In this document: positions 57,974 through 64,000 of the stretch, piece after piece
How the letters are laid out: each line of letters begins with the position of its first letter
How positions within the stretch are numbered: position 1 is the stretch's first letter
Origin: Acidobacteriota bacterium
GTDB taxonomy: Bacteria > Acidobacteriota > UBA6911 > RPQK01 > JAJDTT01
NCBI GenBank assembly: GCA_965209055.1
Contig: OZ242374.1
Location: 128,001 to 192,000, forward strand
DNA: 64,000 nucleotides
Direction of reading: 5' to 3'
Notes under the pieces: model-generated
Seen by the model: only the letters and a program-made list of their open reading frames with translations
Database searches by the model: none
What the model was told of the DNA's origin: nothing
Program-made: the position numbers and the translations under genes

Positions 57974-57998
57974 TCGGCGACAGGAAAGTCGCCGCTCC
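57974..57998. repeat. REP-like palindrome (inverted) right of the element
   Basis: TCGGCGACAGGAAAGTCGCCGCTCC differs by 1 nt from the copy at 48681-48705. Confidence 0.75.
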
Positions 57999-58003
57999 TC
58001 CCC

Positions 58004-59701
58004 TCATTCGTCCCTCGTCGCTGCGACCCGCTCGATGAGCATTCCAGCCGGGTCCGGCGACGCCGCGCTGGAGCGCAGCCGCAAGTAGCTCAGAGGATCA
58101 TTGTCGTTATTCAGCCGGGGCAGGTCCAATGCGGTCTTGCCGTCGACCGCCACCGAGCAGCGGTTGCGATTCAGGTCCCAGGCGAGGCGGAGAGCATGCC
58201 AGCGGCCCTTGGCCAGGACCGGTCCGCCCTCGATCCTTCCAGCGGCGTCTAAATGAAGCCGGAAAACCTCCAACCGTTCGGCCGCCGGCTCAGCCGGCTG
58301 AATAAACCGGTCGGCGAGAGCGATGACTCCGCCCCCGAAGCCTTCCGGCAGCAGGACCCGGAGTGAGACCTGCCCTCGCCTTCCGGCCGGAAAGTTCCAG
58401 ACGGCCTCGTCGCCGCTCTTCTCATCGGGCCGCCGCACCTGAAGCGACTTGGCGCCCTCCCGGGTGGGATGATCCACCAGCCGGGGACCCTGGACCCGGT
58501 CGCGCCAGTAGTATTCGGCGGGCCCGAAGGGCTTGAAGACGCTCCAGCCTTCCAACCCCGCCGAGAAGTCGTCCTCCCGGGTGGTGGCCCCGATCCATTC
58601 CGGGTCGATGCGCACCAGGGCGATCCGGCCCTGTCCCTGACCCGTCGCCAGGATGACCTTTCCGTCTCGGGTCGCCGTGGAAAAGGGATAGGCGGTCCCG
58701 CGGTCGCCGCGCCGGGGAGGGGGCCGGTTGCGGTTGGGATCCCGGAAGGCCTCCCGGTATCCCTTCCAGGTCCTTCCTTCGTCGCCGGAGATGGCCACGT
58801 GGAGGGCATCGCGCGTCGTGTACACGGCCTCTCCGTCCACGCGCGACGGGTTCTCGCAGTTGTTCCAGAACACCACCAGCCGGCCGTCGGGCAGGCGCAA
58901 CAGGTTGGCCGGAGAGTTGGAGGAGCGGAAGCGTGTGGGCCTGGCCTCGGACCACTCGACCCCGTCCGGGGAGAACGATTCGTAGAGGAAACTGGTCTGG
59001 GTCCGGATCAACATCCAGACCCGGCCGTCCCGAAGCTGGACCGCTACCGGCTCGGTCGCGCCGTAGTTGCTGCCGATGTAGCCGCTGCGGCAGGGAGAGG
59101 TGAGCCGCGCCGGCGAGAGCCGCCAGCTCCGGCCGCCGTCGTCCGAGGTGCTGGTGGTGACCACGTGGGACCCCGTGGGCGGCTCCGACCGCAATCCCGG
59201 AACCCAGAACTGCTGGGGCAGCACGATCCTTCCGCTCTCGAGTTGGAGGACCCCGTTCAAGGCCCCCACGTAGCCTTCGAAGATCCTCTTGGGATCGGAC
59301 CACCGGGACCGGCCGTCCCGCGTCGCCGCATGCCAGATGTCGTAGAAGTAATCCACGGTCGGCGTCCGCCCGGCGCCCCGCAGCACCAGCATGAAGGCGT
59401 GCAGCTCTCCCTCCCGGTCTACCAGCACCACCGGAACGCCGGCGGGATTCCTGAACTCGAACTCGACCCGGGGCTCGCTCCAGGTGACTCCTCCGTCACT
59501 GGAGCGGATCGAGGCGCAGTGTTTTCCGGAGACCATGTAGAGAATGCAGAGTTCGCCTCCCGGCAGCGTCACGATGGCCTTGCCGGGCGGAGACGCCCGG
59601 AGCAACACCGGCGGGTCGGCACCTCGGACCGGAAATCCCAGAGCGACCAGTAGCAGGGTCGAAACCCAGGTGATTCGAACTGCGCGGCTGGAACTGCCCA
59701 T
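58004..59701 (-). CDS. Secreted sialidase-like BNR protein with C-terminal beta-sandwich
   Basis: Asp-boxes SSDGGVTW, SDDGGRSW and SGDEGRTW; ATEP...L.DGRVWMLIRT; AYP. Confidence 0.8.
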   Translation of the reverse strand: MGSSSRAVRITWVSTLLLVALGFPVRGADPPVLLRASPPGKAIVTLPGGELCILYMVSGKHCASIRSSDGGVTWSEPRVEFEFRNPAGVPVVLVDREGELHAFMLVLRGAGRTPTVDYFYDIWHAATRDGRSRWSDPKRIFEGYVGALNGVLQLESGRIVLPQQFWVPGLRSEPPTGSHVVTTSTSDDGGRSWRLSPARLTSPCRSGYIGSNYGATEPVAVQLRDGRVWMLIRTQTSFLYESFSPDGVEWSEARPTRFRSSNSPANLLRLPDGRLVVFWNNCENPSRVDGEAVYTTRDALHVAISGDEGRTWKGYREAFRDPNRNRPPPRRGDRGTAYPFSTATRDGKVILATGQGQGRIALVRIDPEWIGATTREDDFSAGLEGWSVFKPFGPAEYYWRDRVQGPRLVDHPTREGAKSLQVRRPDEKSGDEAVWNFPAGRRGQVSLRVLLPEGFGGGVIALADRFIQPAEPAAERLEVFRLHLDAAGRIEGGPVLAKGRWHALRLAWDLNRNRCSVAVDGKTALDLPRLNNDNDPLSYLRLRSSAASPDPAGMLIERVAATRDE

Positions 59702-59883
59702 CCCGCGGTAAATGGTAGTGGAATGTAGCCGGGAAGTGGAATCGGGAAGCCGTTCGCAAATGCCAAGGGGACTCCGTAAGAGCACCTGTCCCTCAATTCC
59801 CAAGGTCTGAATTTCCGGGGAACGGTCTTCGCGCTGGGGTTTGGCTTCCGGGCATCTTGCCTGTACATGTATCCTTCTCCTTT

Positions 59884-59990
59884 GGGCTTCAAGGCGGCCA
59901 GTTCCGCATCCGGATCAATGCGCAGAGGCGAATCTGCTTCCGCCGGTGGGAAGATGGACCCTGCAAAGTCGCGATCGTGGACGATAATCG
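59884..59990 (+). pseudogene. HigB-type toxin C-terminal remnant
   Basis: GLQGGQFRIRINAQRRICFRRWEDGPCKVAIVD resembles the HigB consensus GQYSIRINDQWRICFRW...VEIVDYH. Confidence 0.7.
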
Positions 59991-60043
59991 TGGAGGTCAT
60001 GGCCCATATCGCGAGGCCGCATCGCCTTTAGGAGACGGAGACG

Positions 60044-61309
60044 ATGATTCAGAACCTGACTGTTCGTAGTTTCAAATCACTCTCCAACATTTCAATGGAA
60101 TTTCCCCGGCTGACGATTCTCTTCGGACCTAATGCCGCGGGAAAGAGCAACCTCCTCGACGCGATCCAAGCTCTGTCGAGGATCGGTACAGAGCGCACGC
60201 TGATGGATGCCCTCGGTGGACAAATGATTCGGGGATACCCGATCGAAGCATTTGCTCTGCCGGCCGGTGGAATCCCGGAATTACTCTCGAAATCTACCGC
60301 CAGGTTTTCGATTTCTGCAGACTTGGCAATCCCTGACGGGCGAAAAATCAGAAAGAACCGTTACCGTTATCGAATCGAGGTGGAAATCGCCTCCAAGTCG
60401 GGTGCTCTGGCCAACTGTGACGAGTATCTGTCGGCTCTGTCAACGACCGGAAATGAGAAAGGAGTGCCGGCAATTGAAGTGGAATCGGAGCCTCAGCGTT
60501 TGAAGATCCGGCGCCAGAGTGGGGGCGGGAGACCTCGTTTCGAGGACCTCAATCAGAACTACGCCATCCTCTCCGACCCACGGTTAGGAAGCCCGGCACA
60601 CAAGTACATCGAACGGGTTCGGGAAGAACTCTTCGGCTGGAGAACCTACTACCTGGATCCGCGGCTGGCGATGCGGCGTGCGTCGCCACCACTGGATGTG
60701 TTTGATATAGGTGTGTTCGGAGAGGACATCGCAGCCTTCCTCTACAAACTCAAGGCAGAGCGCAGAAAGAACTTTGAATCGGTCGTCCGAACTGTGCAAT
60801 CGATAATTCCAAGCGTCGAGGCATTCGACATCGATCTGGACGAGCGTCGAGGCATTCTTGACATCAACGTTCAGCAGAACGGCACCAACTACTCTTCCCG
60901 CGTCGTTTCCGAGGGGACACTCCGAGTGCTGGCGCTCTGTGCAATCTCAGCGAATCCGTGGAGTGGCTCGCTTCTTGCGTTCGAGGAACCCGAGAATGGT
61001 GTGCATCCGAGACGGATAGAACTGATTGCCAAAATGCTGACGGCAATGGCTGTGGAGCAAGAACGCCAAGTCGTCCTGACGACCCACTCGCCGCTTTTTT
61101 GCGATGCCGTGCTCAAAGAAGCCCGGGGGCGGCCACATGGCGATATCGCTTTGTACAACGTTCGCCGCGTAGGCCGGGAAACTCAAATCCAGCGCTTCGA
61201 TCCCCCTGTCGAGTTGTTCGATCAGCCCGACATCATGAGCAATCTCACGAGTAAGACGGAAGATGGCATCTTCGAATTCATGGTCATGCGTGGATGGCTC
61301 AATGAATGA
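60044..61309 (+). CDS. AAA/ABC-type ATPase (AAA_21-like)
   Basis: Walker A GPNAAGKSN, signature SEGT, Walker B FEEPENGVHP, H-loop TTHSP; visibly lower GC. Confidence 0.9.
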   Translation: MIQNLTVRSFKSLSNISMEFPRLTILFGPNAAGKSNLLDAIQALSRIGTERTLMDALGGQMIRGYPIEAFALPAGGIPELLSKSTARFSISADLAIPDGRKIRKNRYRYRIEVEIASKSGALANCDEYLSALSTTGNEKGVPAIEVESEPQRLKIRRQSGGGRPRFEDLNQNYAILSDPRLGSPAHKYIERVREELFGWRTYYLDPRLAMRRASPPLDVFDIGVFGEDIAAFLYKLKAERRKNFESVVRTVQSIIPSVEAFDIDLDERRGILDINVQQNGTNYSSRVVSEGTLRVLALCAISANPWSGSLLAFEEPENGVHPRRIELIAKMLTAMAVEQERQVVLTTHSPLFCDAVLKEARGRPHGDIALYNVRRVGRETQIQRFDPPVELFDQPDIMSNLTSKTEDGIFEFMVMRGWLNE

Positions 61310-61910
61310 AGCTCTGGCCGTCGAGCTGTTTATGGAAGACGCAGCGCACGAGAATCTGCTTGTGCCATTGGTGAAGCGCATTGCCTTGGAAGAAGGCGTA
61401 GACGTCCGTAGCCAAGTACGAACGGCGCGCGGTGGTCACCCACGGGTGTTCAGTGAACTTGAATTCTATCTGCGGTATCGGCGACATCTTGGCCTCGATG
61501 CTACCCTGGATATGATCATTGTCGCGATCGACTCCAACTGCAATAGCTTTGCACAAACCAGATCCAGGATCGAAGATGCAGTGGGGCAAGAGCATCTTCA
61601 TCTACTGGTTGCGGCCTGTCCGGACCCCCATATCGAGCGTTGGTATATGGCAGATGTGAATTCCTTTTACGAAGTTGTCGGCTATCAACCTGATCTCGGT
61701 TCCGAAAAATGCGAGAGAAACTACTATAAGGCGATTCTTCGAAAAGCGGTTCAGATGGGAGGGCATCCGCAGACCCTCGGTGGGATTGAGTTCGCGGCCG
61801 AACTCGCAGAAAAGATGGATCTGTACCGGGCCGGAAGAATGGAGCGATCACTGAAAGTGTTCGTAGAAGATTTGCGGAGCAAATATCGAATTCGAGTCCC
61901 GGCTCCGTAA
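61302..61910 (+). CDS. DUF4276/RloB-like (TOPRIM-type) protein
   Basis: LFMED, VAIDSN and PHIERWYMAD motifs; overlaps the ATPase stop. Confidence 0.65.
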   Translation: MNEALAVELFMEDAAHENLLVPLVKRIALEEGVDVRSQVRTARGGHPRVFSELEFYLRYRRHLGLDATLDMIIVAIDSNCNSFAQTRSRIEDAVGQEHLHLLVAACPDPHIERWYMADVNSFYEVVGYQPDLGSEKCERNYYKAILRKAVQMGGHPQTLGGIEFAAELAEKMDLYRAGRMERSLKVFVEDLRSKYRIRVPAP

Positions 61911-62111
61911 CGACATCGGCCGAAAGAGTTGTTCCGGGCGAGTTGTTCCCAAGGATTCTCCTCGCCGGAACAGGCGCTGCGGGAACCGCCAGTGGTGACC
62001 CTTGTGACCTCGTACCCCGGAGCCTTTCAATACCGGCGGTCGCCGGCACTGCTGCGGCAACATGGTCGACGATCGGGCTACTGAGAGCCAGAAAGAAATC
62101 CAGATAGATCA

Positions 62112-62423
62112 ATGACATCACGCATCGCCCTTCCAGAGGAAGAAATCGCTGCCTTTTGCCGGCGTTGGCGCATCATTGAATTGGCGGTGTTTGGTTCAGT
62201 GTTGCGAGACGATTTTGGTCCCGAAAGCGACGTGGATGTACTCGTCCGCTTTGACCCGCAAGCGCGTCACACTCTTCTGGATGTTGCACAGATGCAGGAC
62301 GAGTTGAGTTCGACGCTCGGCCGGGAGGCGGACTTGGTCGAGAGAGCCGCCGTCGAGCGAAGTCCAAACTACATTCGCCGCAGGGCCATTCTCCAGTCTG
62401 CCGAGATCGTATATGCGGCGTAG
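62112..62423 (+). CDS. Minimal nucleotidyltransferase (MNT) antitoxin
   Basis: FGSVLRDDFGPESDVDVLV and GREADLV. Confidence 0.9.
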   Translation: MTSRIALPEEEIAAFCRRWRIIELAVFGSVLRDDFGPESDVDVLVRFDPQARHTLLDVAQMQDELSSTLGREADLVERAAVERSPNYIRRRAILQSAEIVYAA

Positions 62424-62535
62424 CGACGCCTATCTCCTCGACATGTGGATGGCGGCGCGCGAGGCGAGACGATTCGCCGTGAGCCTGACGTTTCCGGAGT
62501 TCGAGCAAAACCGCATGCCGCAATCTGCCATAGTC
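62413..62535 (+). pseudogene. Truncated HEPN (DUF86) toxin
   Basis: MRRSDAYLLDMWMAAREARRF...TFPEFEQNRMPQSAIV then runs into the convergent gene; no RxxxxH motif. Confidence 0.78.
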
Positions 62536-63388
62536 AGTTGTCAAGTTTCTTGCAGCCGATCCGAGTCAAGGGAATGAACCGAGGCGTCGAGGCCTGATAG
62601 TCGCGGTACGAGGGGTATCGATCCAGAGATATGGATTCGGTCAATCTTGTCGACCCGCCAAAGATGAACATCAGGAAAATGAATCCCAGGCCGGACCAAT
62701 GGATCCATTGGCCGGTTGCCGCGACCCCGAACAGGTAGAACACGGTCCACATGCCCATCTCGCAGACAAAACTGGGATGGCGGCAATACTGGAACAAGCC
62801 GCTGGTGACGAAGGGCTGCGTCACGGGTTCACCCGCCTCGATCCTGCGCTTCTTGTCCTGCTGAAACGTCCACATCTGCTGGTCGTTGATCGCTTCCACG
62901 ACCCAAAACGCCACGAACAGTGCCATCGCGGCGGCATCCAGGACATTCAGGGGCCGATCCTGCCGGGTCCAGGCCTGATGCACCGGAGACGTGAACAGCC
63001 AGATGACGAGCAACTGCCCGGGTGCGACGAAGGTGAGATTGAGGATTTGAAACTTGATCGGACCAAGCTGTTCCCGCAAGACTTTCCAGCGATAGTCTTC
63101 ACCGCCGCGCCGATACCCGCCCTTGCGAGCCAGATTGAAGGTCAATCGGACCCCCCACGCAAAAACCAGGAGCGCCATGACGTTGAGCCGCGCCGAACCG
63201 AAGTCCGAGTCGGCGGCCACCATCAGGCAATAGATGGGGGGACAGACGGTCCAGATGCGGTCCACCCAGGAATATTCGCGGGTGATGACCGACAAGAGCC
63301 AGCAGGCGATGGCGAGAACCACCGTCAGGTCGAGGGCTGCTCCGTACGGAGTGCCCTGAAGCGGATGGGAAATGAGGTTGATGTCCAT
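62534..63388 (-). CDS. DUF1295 / steroid 5-alpha-reductase-like membrane protein
   Basis: YSWVDRIW, WGVRLTFN, GEDYRW, SGLFQYCRHP and YPSYRDYQ. Confidence 0.85.
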   Translation of the reverse strand: MDINLISHPLQGTPYGAALDLTVVLAIACWLLSVITREYSWVDRIWTVCPPIYCLMVAADSDFGSARLNVMALLVFAWGVRLTFNLARKGGYRRGGEDYRWKVLREQLGPIKFQILNLTFVAPGQLLVIWLFTSPVHQAWTRQDRPLNVLDAAAMALFVAFWVVEAINDQQMWTFQQDKKRRIEAGEPVTQPFVTSGLFQYCRHPSFVCEMGMWTVFYLFGVAATGQWIHWSGLGFIFLMFIFGGSTRLTESISLDRYPSYRDYQASTPRFIPLTRIGCKKLDN

Positions 63389-63439
63389 TGACCTGATCTT
63401 TTTGGCCCGGGCTGGACCCGGAGCGCCGTTTTTCGGCTG

Positions 63440-64000
63440 CTATCGGAACCTCAGGGAGTAGAGATCCGCGTCCTTCATCACCAGGCGCAGGCGCACCGGA
63501 TTCCCGGCGAGGCGCCGGAGAGGCCTGTCCGAAATCGCTTTGCGGTGACTTCGCTCCCACCGGACCACCTGCTCGATCTCGTCCCCCCAGATCAGCGGCG
63601 ACTCCTCCAGGGAGAACCCGGGAACGGGGTGGCCGCGGACATCCTGTATCTCCACCCGGATGCTGCCGGCGGCCGAGGTGGCGAAGTTGAGCACCAGGTT
63701 GTCCCCCTCGAAGAGCAGCGGCTTGGTGATTATTTCGCCCCCGGACCAGCCGGCGTGGACCGAGACGAACCCATCGGTGCGCAGCACCAGCCGCTGCAGG
63801 TGGTTGGTGGGCGCCGAGCGGTGACGCTCGACGTAGAGGGAGATTTCGTCCTCGGCGGTGGGGACGATGCCCCGCGCCGGCGTATTGGTCCGCTGGGGCC
63901 AGTTGCGCGGGTCGCGGCCGGGCCGGATGAACGACTCCAGGAAGCGCCGGTCCCAGCGGACCCCGTCGCGGCTGCTCATGAAGACGCCGTCGGACGCGCC
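63440..64000 (-). CDS. Glycoside-hydrolase-like beta-propeller family protein (3' part; starts beyond the window)
   Basis: SRDGVRWDR...FIRPG, LRTDGF, TKPLLFEG and DADLYSLRFR. Confidence 0.75.
   Translation of the reverse strand, partial: GASDGVFMSSRDGVRWDRRFLESFIRPGRDPRNWPQRTNTPARGIVPTAEDEISLYVERHRSAPTNHLQRLVLRTDGFVSVHAGWSGGEIITKPLLFEGDNLVLNFATSAAGSIRVEIQDVRGHPVPGFSLEESPLIWGDEIEQVVRWERSHRKAISDRPLRRLAGNPVRLRLVMKDADLYSLRFR

Noticed and set aside
38374-57998. Palindromic repeats as a CRISPR array or integron attC sites
   Set aside because: Dispersed doublets with no regular spacers, no cas genes, no RYYYAAC/GTTRRRY boxes and no IntI.
55440-57998. tRNA or tmRNA attachment site for the integrase
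   Set aside because: No GTTCGA T-loop with CCA end or cloverleaf seen at either junction.
59569-60000. Minus-strand 143-aa ORF MTSTIIVHDRDF...
   Set aside because: Antisense of the HigB remnant; also overlaps the sialidase start in another frame.

Overview
High-GC bacterial chromosomal segment, most likely Acidobacteriota (inferred from GWxTD and Acidobacterial-type VWA proteins, Oar-like TonB receptors, and an ASPIC/UnbV plus TPR pair). It begins with a nitrogen-linked operon: the 3' end of a circularly permuted ATP-grasp gene, amtB, an alpha-E protein, a transglutaminase and hydantoinase B/oxoprolinase. Most of the window is exported glycan-catabolism-like genes: nine paralogues of an uncharacterised beta-propeller family, three BNR/sialidase-like proteins, a Tat-signal UxuA-like protein and oxidoreductases. 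Five toxin-antitoxin loci are scattered through it, and every toxin appears damaged. There is a complete IS1634 with terminal inverted repeats and a target duplication, an AAA ATPase/TOPRIM-like gene pair, and a family of GGAG/GTAG-footed REP-like palindromes. The most notable feature is a ~2.5 kb tyrosine-integrase mini-element (55455-57959) that appears to have integrated into a REP hairpin, duplicating the core TGCCGTCCCC, and carries a perfect three-way-junction structure. No rRNA, tRNA or CRISPR array was seen. All calls come from reading the sequence and recalled family motifs; no searches were run.
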